Assembly: GCF_018977255.1 (NCBI RefSeq)
Contig: NW_024704742.1
Span: forward strand, 117,368,001-117,432,000
DNA from: Callorhinchus milii
Taxonomy: Eukaryota
Reading direction: 5' to 3'
Length of the DNA stretch: 64,000 nt
Shown here: positions 1-11,953 of the stretch, one piece after another
Layout: each line of letters starts with the position of its first letter
Position numbering within the stretch: the stretch's first letter is position 1
Notes under the pieces: generated by a model
What the model was told of the DNA's origin: nothing
Database searches by the model: none
What the model saw: the letters and a program-made list of their open reading frames with translations, nothing else
Position numbers and translations under genes: made by a program

Positions 1-357
1 TGATCTCTACAGAATGCTGACCCATCCTCTCCCATTATAAGCATCAAGCTGTTCCTTAAAGTAGTCCTGTGTATTGGCTTCAAACAGCCTTCCTGGTAAC
101 CCCATCCTAACTATTCTTTGCCTTTTTCTGTGAAGAAATACTTCCCTGTTTCTGTCTTAAGGTTGTCCCTCACAACTCTGAACTGTACTCTGTTTGAATC
201 CTGTTGGTTCATTATTGCTTAATGCTAAATTACCTGCTTCTTTTATTTTTAAAGCAATTGCAGAATTTAGGGTATTGTGTTACAAAAAAAGTTAACTTTG
301 GAATAGGTTTTGGAGAATTCCAGCTGACTTTGCTCATGTCTTGTGTTTACTTTAAAG

Positions 358-582
358 GTCCAAAGTGAACCAGGTGCAAGACATTGTCACTGGAAACCCC
401 ACAGTCATTAAAATGGTGGTCACCTTTAACCGCAGTGCACGTGGACAAAACGCACTCAGGCAATTGCTCGCTCCAGTGGTGAAGGAAATCATTGAGGATA
501 AAAACCTTTCAATAAACACAAACCCGATTGAGGTCTACAAGAACTGGGTGAATCAGATGGAGATGCAGACTGGGGAGGCCAG
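358..582 (+). CDS. IQGAP2: IQGAP2-like coding exon (GAP-related domain); gene 5' part lies upstream of the window
   Basis: tttaaag|G acceptor and AG|gttggt donor; encodes SKVNQVQDIVTGNPTVIKMVVTFNRSARGQNALRQLLAPVVKEIIEDKNLSINTNPIEVYKNWVNQMEMQTGEA, an IQGAP GRD segment. IQGAP2 is preferred on sequence resemblance and on the adjacent PAR gene. Confidence 0.93.
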
Positions 583-895
583 GTTGGTGACCAGATCATT
601 GGAAAGTTAGTGCTTTTTTCCAGCGGTATCACATTTGGTTTCTCAGCTGCACCAGAAATATTTTTGAGTAAAATTCATGGATCGATTGTTGTATCATCTA
701 AAATTGCAAATAACCAAAATTAAGGGTCAGTATATATCAGTGGTTTCTATTCAAATATTTCATTTTATCCCAGTAGCATATAACCATAGAAATTGCAGCA
801 CAGAATGAGGCTATTGGGCCCATTGTACCTTTGCTGACTTTCTGAAAGAGCTAAGCATTTAGTCCCATTCTCATGCCTTTTCTCCATACTCCTTT

Positions 896-1218
896 ATAAT
901 AATAAATAATAATAATCCTTGCATTTGATACAGCGCTTTTCACGTCGGGAGGACATCCCAAAGCGCTTCACAGAACACTCTGTAAAGTAAATTGACTGTA
1001 TATTTGTGGGCGAACGCGGCAGCCAATTGCGCACAGCCATGTCCCACAAACAGTCGTAGATTGAAAATGACCAATTTTTATTATTGTTTTTGATTTTGGA
1101 GGGATTATTATTAGGCGTGTGGAGTAAGGAAACTTGCCAAGGTTTCGCCCTGCCTGGAATTGAACTCAGGTCTCTCGCTTGCAAAGCGAGTGCTCTAACC
1201 ACTGAGCTACAGGACTCC
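896..1218 (-). mobile_element. Young tRNA-derived SINE, full length
   Basis: tRNA-like head with A/B boxes (tagctcagtggt, gttcaattcc), Deu-like body, L2-like 3' end and (TTA)n tail; near-identical to other copies in the window. Confidence 0.9.
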
Positions 1219-2244
1219 TTTTCAGATATTTACTGCAAGGGATTGATTCAGCCTCAGAAGTTAGTATTCTGGGACAGTCTGTTTTCTTCAGTTTAGTTAT
1301 CGTTTTTCTGCTTAACCACTCTGCAAGAAGGAATACAGTACTAAAACTAAAAGTAGAAGGGAAAAGATGGTACTTTGTGTTTCCTGACTTGGCCAGTCAT
1401 TGCTTAATATTAATTAATATTGTCCTGGAGGAATTTTCAATCCTCTTGAATTGATCGGTTACACGGTGTGAAATGCAGTTTCTTTCAGTGTTGCTAGATT
1501 TATAGCTCAATGCTACTTACTATTCAGTGACTTGGATTAAATATGCCCTCAAGCAGAGAAGTACTTGATAGTTGTTAGATTGTATTCGTCAGTGCTACCA
1601 GCTAGTAACAGATATGCTGCTAGTTAAATTGTGAGCCATTCTTCGAAGCCAGTAGCCCTTCAAGGTACTATTTTAGGGGTGTTAGGTGTCTTGCTCTCTT
1701 TTACCTCCGGAGCTTTGTTCAGTATTGTGCTGGAGCTTTCTTTGCAGGGCAAAAATCTAAGTAAGGTGGAGTACTTTTGTCCTTTGCATCTGTTGGCAAT
1801 AAGAAAAGGGAATTGCTGTGTCTCAAAAATGACTTCAGTAAAAGCTGAAATTGAAACAGGAACTGGTTCAATCCAAAAATAAACCAAAGACAACAGCTGC
1901 ACGTAGCCTTGAGCTAAATGTATGCCAGACACCTCCAGCTGTGGCTGCCTTTGTTGAGAAGAAAAGAAGCTTATGTGGAATTTACATAGGAAATGGGAAT
2001 CCATATGGTTCAAGAAGCTGCGTTCCATGTGTCTCGTTCACTTGCTTTTTCTACCATTTCCCTTCTTCCACCCCCCACCTCACGATTGGTACATTTTCCA
2101 TAGTACAGGGATGGTAACTTGAAAAAATGAAAACATTTCTTCATCAAAGTGAATATTCCGCCATGTTGTTGCAGAGTTGTGCTTGACTTTCTGATGCTGT
2201 GGGTGCATATTTGAGCTAATATTAAGTTGCTTTTGTGCCTGCAG

Positions 2245-2385
2245 TAAACTGCCATACGACGTAACAACTGAGCAGGCCTTATCGCATGCTGAAGTGAACA
2301 CGAGGCTGGAGTCCTCCGTCCGCAGCCTGCGGGCAGCCACTGATAAGGTTCTTGCTTCAATTTTCACATCGTTGGATAACATTCC
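2245..2385 (+). CDS. IQGAP2: IQGAP2-like coding exon
   Basis: tgcag|T acceptor and CC|gtaagt donor; (S)KLPYDVTTEQALSHAEVNTRLESSVRSLRAATDKVLASIFTSLDNI(P); phase 2-2. Confidence 0.93.
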
Positions 2386-3620
2386 GTAAGTAGCAAATAC
2401 CATGGAACCCAACTAGCCTCTTAATCTGAAATAATTCAAAATACGAGAGAAGCCCATTGTAAATTTCCATGATTCTATAGCGTGTTTAGTTGTAACTGGA
2501 GTTTCCTCACAGTATAATTGGAACAACGTAGAAACCCGACCATTGGTCATGCAAAGTTATAAGACTGGTTGGGATATTATGGACCTTTTGACGACCCCAT
2601 TATAACAGGTTCTACTCTGTTGAAAATGGGAACTGTGTCAATTCAAAAGTTGCTGTTTCCCAATCCTATAATAGGCAAAAACTTCTATTGCATTTTAATG
2701 TGAAATTAAGCATTTGGTCTCTTTCACATTATCACAAAAGAAATAGCAGCCAGGCACATTGACTCACTTTTTCTACCATTTCCCCTCCAAGCACCACCCC
2801 CCCACCCCCTTGGATTAGTACATTTTCCATAGTTCAAGGATGGTAACTTGAATAAATGAGGAATATTCCGTCCACATTGTCACATTCCTGTTTAACATCT
2901 CTCACTGGAGCGTGCATACCTGAGCGACCATTTGGTTGCTTTTGTGCCAACAGTAAATCAAATACTACTGATCATCATCTTGTGACCTCAAAGCCACTCT
3001 CGCGAGTCAATGTGACTTGCGGTGTTCTTTTCCAGAAACACGATTTACATTGCAATGACTTTTTGGCGGTTATGTGGCAGATACACAGTTCAAATGCTTT
3101 TCCAATGTTTGTCTTTGTTTACTCAAGCTTCAAGGAACTGAACGATCATAAAACCAGTTACATAAAGTGTTGTTTAGAAAAACTTTTCTTGACTCAACTA
3201 CTGGTAGATCACTTGGGAAACTGCCATTTACCCAGTTAGTTGCACCAAACTACACATTGTGAAAGTCCATTTTATTCACTGTAATTATTTAACTTGGGAA
3301 ATCCTTCAGGTTAACCTTTCCAAGGCAGCTTATCCCAAATGCAAGGACGGTTATCTCGAAGCAATTTTTATGTTGTTTCCTTTCCAGCAGAGGGCAGTAC
3401 ATCACTGTACAACAAGTTTACTGCTTCGGTAAATGAGATGTGTTGGTATAGAGAAGTGATTTTCATGTAAAAACTGTTTTAAAAGCAGTACGTTTGTTGT
3501 TTAGTTCATGTTCAATGCAAACAACCTTTTATTTGACTGTGTCTATGTTTTGTTTGAAACCCATTATTCCACCAAAGTTTTTCACCTTCTCTTTGTTTCA
3601 ATCCATTTGTCTGTATGTAG

Positions 3621-3705
3621 TTATGGAATGAGGTACATAGCCAAAGTTCTGAAGAACTCACTTCATGAGAAATTTCCCGATTCCACTGAGGATGAACTGC
3701 TAAAG
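3621..3705 (+). CDS. IQGAP2: IQGAP2-like coding exon
   Basis: gtag|T acceptor and AAG|gtagct donor; YGMRYIAKVLKNSLHEKFPDSTEDELLK. Confidence 0.93.
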
Positions 3706-5298
3706 GTAGCTCTACACAAGTCTTAACATTAGCTCTTACTTTCTGGCTCTGTCCAAGCCTTAACATTAGACATTAATTACTTGGCTCTTTACAAAACTTA
3801 ACATAAAGTTTTGCTTCTTTAGCGATATATAAGGTTTAACATTAGATAAAATCTTCATCTCTATACAACTTCTGTGATTTGGATATTACTGTACAGTACT
3901 CTTCTCAATACAAATCTTCAACTTTAGATATTACAATGAAACCCATCATAAAACGCTTCATCTAATGCGGGTTCACTTATCACGTGGGTGGTGTGTGGAC
4001 CCTACTTTTTAGCTTAACCAAATAATGCAAAATGCATGCGCTGGCTCTGCCTGTGATATTTCACATCCACGGTCTGTTGGCTGAAAGTCCAATGGGACAT
4101 GGACTGGCTGACTGAATGGTGTGTGGGAGGAGAGAAGAGGTCATACTTGTGGCCAGTCATTTGTTATCAACTGACCTTTTGATGGCATTTTATCAGCTAC
4201 ATAATAAACGATACTGGTGATACCACATTGCAGGTCACAATGTTTCACCCCAATACACGTTGCTAAAATTATTTGTTTGGCTTTCTACAAATCTCCACCA
4301 TGAGATACATCCTCAGTTAGGACTGACTGAATTGTTAGCCAGATCCTGGACAGTTTTTAAATCACCCATTGTAATAACTTACACATAAACTGTCATTATG
4401 ATAGGTTTGCAATAAATATTTTAATGGACCATGATTTAATGTTCGGTTGACCTTTTTTCATTGCTGTCAGATGCAATGCAAAAGTGATATTGGGTTAGCT
4501 CTTTGTAAGGAAACTCATTTTACAAGAAATGAAACTTACATTGATCTCATACAATATAAAATATATAAAATATATAAAAATATAAAATATAAAAGAAAAT
4601 AAACTTACATTGATCTCATACAATATAATATATTAATCTCATACAATATAAATCAGGATTTATTGTCCTTTTAAAAATAAGGCAATGATGCTAGATTTCA
4701 TTTCAACCGTGCTTAGATTTTTTACAGACAGCTACTCTCAACAATAAAAAATTTTGTACGTATGATGTATCTTAAATCACTGCTGACAGTGTAGAATTAC
4801 ATAGTTGGGCAATCTTCCAGTGTTTGGTACTTGTGTGTTCTTGTTCTTGCATTTTTCCTCTGTTATCAACTCTGTTATCTTTTTTTGTGTGCAGTTTCTT
4901 ATCCAGTTTCTTGTTACTTTCTAAGTCCTCATCTGTTGAAGGATTTATAGCTCACCACCAGCCATAGGAATGAGCTGAAATAAAAACAAACCCTGGAAAT
5001 CCAGTGTCAGTCGATCAGCACCTGAAAGGGAAAAATAGGTTTGGCCTTGATCCTTCTTTATCAGAGCTGGAACATGATCTGGGGAGGCCCTTATCTAGAA
5101 TAAATCAGGGCAAATTAGCTTGAGACTACTACCCTCTCCCCACCCTTTATCCTATGTGGAATCCTCCCCACTGTTTCAGTTCTAATGATGATGCATCATT
5201 CCCCAAACCATATGCTTTTCTCCTTCAAATGTTGTGTTGTGCTGTGGAGTTCTAGCATTTATTTTGTGTTGTAATTGTCTGCTGGTAATCTATAACCC

Positions 5299-5420
5299 AC
5301 GTTCGCCCACAAATATACAGTCAATTCACTTTACAGTGTGTTCTGTGAAGCGCTTTGGGATGTCCTCCCGACGTGAAAAGCGCTATATCAAATGCAAGGA
5401 TTATTATTATTATTATTATA
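5299..5420 (+). mobile_element. 5'-truncated copy of the same SINE with an 8-bp TSD
   Basis: Body 3' half plus (TTA)n; TATAACCC at 5291-5298 and 5417-5424. Confidence 0.85.
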
Positions 5421-5424
5421 ACCC

Positions 5425-6070
5425 TACATTCATACAGGGCACAGAGTATTCCATCCCACGCTAAATACAATTCCTCCTGGGGGGACGGGGAGGTAAGCGG
5501 GTTCTCCGTGGTGCTGAACTGGCTCCAAGGTGAGATGCCTGGCAATAGAATGTCGGAATCGAGCCAGCCCTCTGTGGTGGTCTCAGTAGTCCGGTTCCTG
5601 AGCCAGGCCAGTATCCTGGGGCACTGCCGATGACAGCACAGCACTGGCTCATCAGCAGGACCTAGAAGGGCAGACTAATCACTGGGCGCAGGGACTCAGC
5701 TCCTGTTATCACTGCAAACCAAGGCTCTAATGAGTAGGGTGGTCATAGCTGGACAAGCAGCGGGAAAGCTTGCCAGACAGTGTTATCAATGGTAAGCTTA
5801 GCTGGTTAGACTCCAGCAGTACCCCAATGGACAATCTGGGGTCCCCAAGCCTTGGCTCTTGGCCTAATACTTTCTGGAATTAGGTAAGCAGGATGTGTCC
5901 TTTAAGGGAGAGAGTGCATTCTCATTCCAACAATCTATCTCTGGGATTTCCATGTGTAGGTGGGATGCAAGGAAATTCAAGTTTGGTTTGGAAACTCTTA
6001 AGCATGCTGATGGGTTTCCCGCATGTGTCAGACAGACAGCTGACCAAAACAAAACTAAATACAATATTAC
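5425..6070. repeat. Unclassified interspersed repeat (other copies at about 32835-34355 inverted and interrupted, 43905-44010, 48009-48505)
   Basis: Shared blocks such as agctggacaagcagc/aggaaagcttgccagacagtg.tatcaatgg and ttccaa.aatctatct.tgg.attt. Confidence 0.7.
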
Positions 6071-7150
6071 CACAGTACGTAATGTGAAAAAAATATAGAA
6101 CAAAATGTTTGTGTTGGCTTAAATACTGAATATCAACAACATCCACGTCACACTCATGGGTGTAGGAACTCTGAAGAATTGTCTGTGTGCAACGTTGCAA
6201 AACCGGTTTGCCGCAAAGTACATGTAAGGGCTACACGTTGGAAATGCTAGCTGCAAGTTCTCTTCAAACAAGAATTAGAGAGTGTAACCACGTTTCAGAA
6301 ATGTAGGGAAGTTCTGAACGTTTTGAATTCATTCTCCTTTGTAAAAAATAGACACTTTGAAGATTAGAATGTTATAAATTGACAATTACATCTCTGATAT
6401 CAGCTCACGTAATCTTTCATTGTTTACGTCACATCTGTTGCGCTTTCATTGCTGCTGTTTGTCATGGAACCGACTGCTGCCAAAACAAACAATTCAGCAT
6501 CAGAATACATTCCATGAACATGATTAAAGCCAGATGGCCTACAAGCGGTAAATATCATTTAATTTGAACACACAAAGATGAGATTGGAAAATAAATCATG
6601 GGAATCTAAACTAAATGTTACTCTACAGGGTACAACAACAACAACAACAACATTACATTTATAGAGCGCCTTTCACGTCGGGAGGACATCCCAAAGCGCT
6701 AAACAGTCAGGTGTTGGGGCCTGAGCATGGGGGAGGGGTGGTGTAGGGGTGAGGGAAGGCAGAGAGGTGGGAGGGAGTCCAAAGGCACTGTCGAAGAGAA
6801 GAGTCTTGAGACACGATGCAACAAAGGGATTTGGAGATACCTGGTAGATAAATGGCTCACTCAAACTGTACCCCTTCAAGAATCTGTGTTCTGAAGAGAA
6901 GGATGAGGGACTATTGGCAAAAACAAATTACATGTTACCGAGAACTTAAAATCACTGAACACTTGGTATCTGACACTCCATACTACCTGCAATGCATTTG
7001 GATGAAAGCCTTCAGTTTCTATGTGTAGTATCGATCATCACACATTTATCATTCGAAGCATGGTTACCCAGAATGAAACTCTGTCTTTTTATAATGAAAG
7101 TGAAACAATGTTGTCCTGATGATTTCAGTGTTATTTAATTCCTTCTATAG

Positions 7151-7383
7151 ATTGTAGGGAACCTGCTTTACTATCGCTACATGAACCCAGCCATTGTAGC
7201 ACCTGATGGATTTGATATTATTGATGTCTCGGCTGGTGGGCAGCTACATTCTGACCAGCGGCGGAACCTGGGCTCTGTGGCCAAAGTCCTGCAGCACGCT
7301 GCGTCCAACAAGTTGTTCGAAGGAGAGAATGCACACATGTCACCCATAAATGACTACCTGTCGCATACGTACCAAAAATTCAG
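7151..7383 (+). CDS. IQGAP2: IQGAP2-like coding exon (contains the YYRYMNPAIVAPD IQGAP GRD signature)
   Basis: ctatag|ATT acceptor and AG|gtaggc donor; IVGNLLYYRYMNPAIVAPDGFDIIDVSAGGQLHSDQRRNLGSVAKVLQHAASNKLFEGENAHMSPINDYLSHTYQKF(R). Confidence 0.95.
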
Positions 7384-7499
7384 GTAGGCTGCAGTGCATT
7401 AAATGTGTTGGTGGTTGATGGTCACAAAAATGTGCTGCTTTGAAAATTACTATTTTGTAGTTGTGCAATTGTGCAGCGCTTCGGGATATTCATGTGTGT

Positions 7500-7810
7500 C
7501 AGCCTGGCGCAGTGCCTCTAAGTCAGAGGTTGTGGGTTCAGGGCCCATGTCAGGACTTGGAATTGCATAGTCTAAGCTGATACTCCAAAGCAGTGCTGGG
7601 GCGTGTGTTGCATTGTCGGAGGTGCTGTCCTTTGAGACGTTAAACCGAGGTCCGGTCTGCCCTTTCAGGCGGATGTTAAAGATCCATGGCACTAATCAAA
7701 AAGAGAAGGGAGTTTCTCCTGGTGTCCTGGCCACACAATAAAAGATTGATCACTCACTCCATGGCTGTTTGTGGGACATTGTGATGCGCAACTGGCTGAT
7801 AATACAGTAC
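7500..7810 (+). mobile_element. Old Deu-domain SINE (SacSINE1/AmnSINE1-like)
   Basis: gagacgttaaaccgaggtcc...ggatgttaaagatccatggcact...gagtttctcctggtgtcctggcca...tgtgggacattg motifs, as I recall the DeuSINE consensus. Similar decayed copies at about 13720-14040, 25200-25485, 27590-27965, 46400-46600 and 62450-62860. Confidence 0.65.
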
Positions 7811-7815
7811 ATTTC

Positions 7816-8523
7816 TTCATTACTTGAGATATCATCAGAAATGAAAAGCAGGGAAGTTATGGTAAACTGCTATAGAACCTTGGTTAGACCACACTTAGAA
7901 TACTGTGTGCAGTTCTGGTCCCTACATTATAGACGGTTGTAGAGAGTTTGCAAAGGAGATTCACAAGGATGATCCCAGAACTGAGAGGTTATACCTATCA
8001 GGAAAGGCTGAACATACTCGGACTTTTGTCTCTTGAAATGAGGAGGGCAAGAGGTGACCTGATAGAGGTCTTTAAAATGATGAAAGATTTTCCACTTGTG
8101 GGGGACACCGAAACCAGGGGCCATCAATATAAAATAATAATAATAATCCTTGTATTTGGTATAGCGCTTTTCATGTCTTCTAGGTGGCTCAACGCGCTTC
8201 ACAGAATATACTGTAAAGTGAATTGACTGCATATTTGTGGGTAAAACGCAGCAGCCAATTGTGCACAGCAATATTACACAAAAACAGTTGTGGATTGAAG
8301 TGACCAATTTATTATTGTTTTTTTTTCTTGAGGAATTATTATCAGGGATGTGGAGTAAGGAAACTTACCCGAGGTTTCACCCTGCGGGAATCAAACCTAG
8401 GTCTCACTTGCAAGGCGAGCGCTCTAACCACTGAGCTACAGGAGCTCATGTGGAGCATAAACACCAGCATAGACCAGTTGGGCCGAATGGTCTGTTTCTG
8501 TGCTGTATATTCTAATGTACTCT
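7816..8523 (+). mobile_element. CR1-clade LINE 3' fragment (split by a SINE)
   Basis: Encodes LVRPHLEYCVQFWS and QRRFTRMIPELRGYTYQERLNILGLLSLEMRRARGDLIEVFK; CR1-like 3'UTR at 8445-8523. Confidence 0.85.
8130..8444 (-). mobile_element. tRNA-derived SINE inserted in a CR1 fragment
   Basis: Same family, more diverged; interrupts CR1-like sequence. Confidence 0.8.
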
Positions 8524-9579
8524 AAATAATTGTTCAGTGAGGCTAACAATAGGCAGGGAGAGAAGCAATTGGGATAACATTTGAAAAGGTTACAGCCAAC
8601 AAATACTATTAGTTATTTCCCATTTCCAGTTCCAAGAAAACAGGTCAAGTAGATAATTGTTTATGAGTATGAGGAGCCAAAAGAAATCCTAATATGTTCA
8701 TCATGGGGGATTTCAGTTTTGAGTGGTGTATAAGGACATAATTAAAAGGTATATGATACCTCAGCAACTCACGAGTCACCATCGCGTGCATAACATTGCC
8801 ACGTAGAAGGTTTTTTTTCGGATGCAGGAAGCCATTATTGGTGCGTTTTTGCCATAAAAGTGTTTTTCCAAACCCGAAGAATTTCTTTTAAGGGCAATTG
8901 TGCAAAAATACATTCATTTGAGGAAAACGAGAAATGTGGCAAAACCAAGGAAGTCAAAAGTAAGATAAAGTTACAAATATTTTAAGATGCAAGGAACCAA
9001 ATGTATTGTAGAACTGAAAGTCTCATAAAAGGCAGTTGATGTTAATCAAAATTTCGAGAGGAAGGACAGGATAATAGAAAGCAGATCATTTCCTACCTGC
9101 TGTTGTCGGCAATGAGAGAGGTCCAGCTAGATTAGCAGTCGTCCTGTTAAAGATGAGAAAAATCCTTTTAAGGAATTAGTTAGAAACTTGGTGAAAGCAG
9201 GTGATAGCATTACACAACACTCTGTGCTATGTAGACTATTCTAGGGAAATTTTTATTTTGATCAGCCATGTGTCTTGACATGTCGAAACCCAACGCCGTG
9301 CTTCAGAGTATCCTAACCAAACAGAACTCCATGCATCAGTGAAACTGTACAGCAAATTTCGAGGGGTCCTGACTACAAAAGGCTTTACAGTACTTTTTAG
9401 AAGATAGGTTTAACCTAAAAACAATATTAATTGCAAATTGGAAAACCATAAGTGCCTGATTCCTATAGCTACTCATTTAGACACTTTATCTCAATGAAGT
9501 GACAAGGTGCAAGGATTATTTTATTATTCAGTCTGATTTTCTGGCTCCCAATCAATAACATGTTCTTCATTTCTTGCAG

Positions 9580-9712
9580 AAAATTTTTCCAGTCAGCCTG
9601 TGACGTACCTGAACCTGAAGAAAAGTTTAATATCGATGAATACTCTGACATGGTGACACTAAGTAAACCTGTTATTTACATCTCCATTGAGGAAATCATA
9701 AACACTCACTCG
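9580..9712 (+). CDS. IQGAP2: IQGAP2-like coding exon
   Basis: ttgcag|A acceptor and TCG|gtacgt donor; KFFQSACDVPEPEEKFNIDEYSDMVTLSKPVIYISIEEIINTHS. Confidence 0.93.
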
Positions 9713-11953
9713 GTACGTGTGTAAGCACTTTGATTTGGGATAGCTTCCTTTCGGCAATTGGATATTGTTTCAGGAACAACAACAAGATTACATTTGTATA
9801 GTGCCTTTCACGTCGGGAGGACGTCCCAAGGCACTGGACAGAGTACAGAATTTCAGATTGCTGTGAATTAAGAAAGGTCCCACCATGTAACTCTGCTTTG
9901 AGTCCTCCTATTAGGAATTGGAAATGTATCTTTAAACTCATTTGGTTACATAATAATATTCCTTGATATACCACCTTAGCATGTCTTTGAGATGTCTCAA
10001 TGCGCTTCACAGATTATACTGTAAAGTGAATTGACTATATTTTGTGGGCAAAAGGCAGCAGCCAATTGCGTACAGCGGTGTCCCACTAACAGTCGTGGAT
10101 TGAGTGACCAAATTAAGTTTACATGACTAAATTACATGGCTACTTTTATGTGAATATTAGAAAATGTGCTTCAGACTTTACTGTGTTGCACAAGTATTGT
10201 ATGTGCCATTACAGTAGCATAGTATGAAGTATGACATTAGGAAATGTGGCTGAACATGATCTTTTTGGGACAAATGCATGATTTCCAGCTGAACTTTGGT
10301 TGCACTCACATTTTTATTTTAAGGGAGTTTAAATTGTCAGATCCTTGGGAATGATGGTATAAAACAGGGTTGGGGATGTGCTGCATTGTTGGAAGTTTCT
10401 CCCAATGTTCTGTCCAACATCCCCCAAATAGAGTTGGTCATTCATTTCAAGGCTGTTGGTGGGACATTTATATGTGTAAATTGGTTGCTGTGTTCACCCA
10501 CTAAAATACTCAGTTGGAAAGAAACGGAAAATATTGTTCGAATGAATCCTGTGCAGTGCTTTGAGACATGAAAGGCGCTGTGTCAAATTTAAGTATTATT
10601 ACAAATCTACCACAATTCTACAGCTAACATACAGGAAATTATCTCTCCCACCATCAGGGAGGGTTTGCAGCACTGGCAGCTGCTGGATGCAGTTGCTCCC
10701 ACCCACATTTTTTCATTTGAATATTGTGAGGTCATTCACTTTTGACTCATTGACGTGCTCGATCCTTTATCCAACTCTTCATGATCCTTCAGCAATAGCA
10801 TTTGCTGTAATGAAGCATTTAATTATTTTGTAATTATTAAAAAGCCTGCAGTTTGGCAGTGAGTGGAGCAGAGTATCTCAGTTGCTTAGCTGTGAGGCAA
10901 AAGTTAACAACAATGAACTGGTCTCTATGTCAATCCCCTGGACTACCTGGAGGCTGGCTCAAGTAGTACTAGGGAGAAGGAAAAGCTTTTGCAACCTCAC
11001 AAAAGTACAATGATCCTTGTAAAATTAATACAGTTACTCCCATTATATGAAGGAAAATGCCCCAGGGAGCAGATCCTGATGTAAATTGCCATCAGCTCAA
11101 GAGTTTGTTTCTCCCTTTTCCTGGAACAGCCTGCTTTCCTACTCTCAATACTTTGCAGATGGTGTGACAAAGCAATCTGATATGCAGGGTGACCACAAAG
11201 TTGTGATACCATTACAGTGTCTAATAAGTTTGAAATAAATGATGATGTTTTATGGTAATAGGATAGATTTCACGACTTTTTGGTCACTTTGTCCAAGAGG
11301 CACAAATTGTTCAGGACAGAGAAGTTAGTCCAGGGAAGAGGGGTGAGACTTTCATTCAAACTTATATTTAGTGTATTTTGAGCCCGCCATCAGGGATGTT
11401 TGATGTGGCCAATGCAGCACTCCTCTATCAGACCCTCGGGCACAGTGTAATCTGTCTTCATCAACCTCTCAAGGGACTGAGCCTTTATATAAGGGTGGCC
11501 TCTGAGTAAGGGTTTGTTGGTGTAAGAACTGGGGTTTTCCAGGATTTTTTGTTAATGAGGTGAATGGAAATGCTCGCTTAAACAGGTTTGACTGTTCCTT
11601 ATGCGGGCGCAGGTCAGATTCAACTGGCCCAAATCATTACAAAGCAATGGTGATTGGCATGCCACATGAGAAGTTATGTAGGAATAAATACAGCACTGTT
11701 GTGTGCCTTTTTTCTGGCCCTAAAAAGTAGAAAACAAATCTCATCATCTGTACTTTTGTGTCTAAAACTATTTAATCAGTGTGATTTGTATAGGTTCTGA
11801 TTAAGTTTTTACAAAAAAGGTTTATGATTAATGATAAAAATATAATTTGTCGAAGTTTCTCTTTTCAGTTAAACACTGTTGTATTTCAACATAAATCTGG
11901 TAAACTAATGCTAGTTTTAATGATCATTTTCCTGGTGCTTGTTGTTTTGGATG

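Noticed and set aside
1146..1218. tRNA-Ala-like sequences (also at about 29854, 33425, 35397, 40484, 61230)
   Set aside because: Each is fused to a SINE body and tail, so these are SINE heads and not tRNA genes
3932..4414. Possible old Tc1/mariner-Tigger-like MITE ends (also about 2441-2620)
   Set aside because: The inverted match is short and degenerate (aaacc.atcataa); insufficient without a library search
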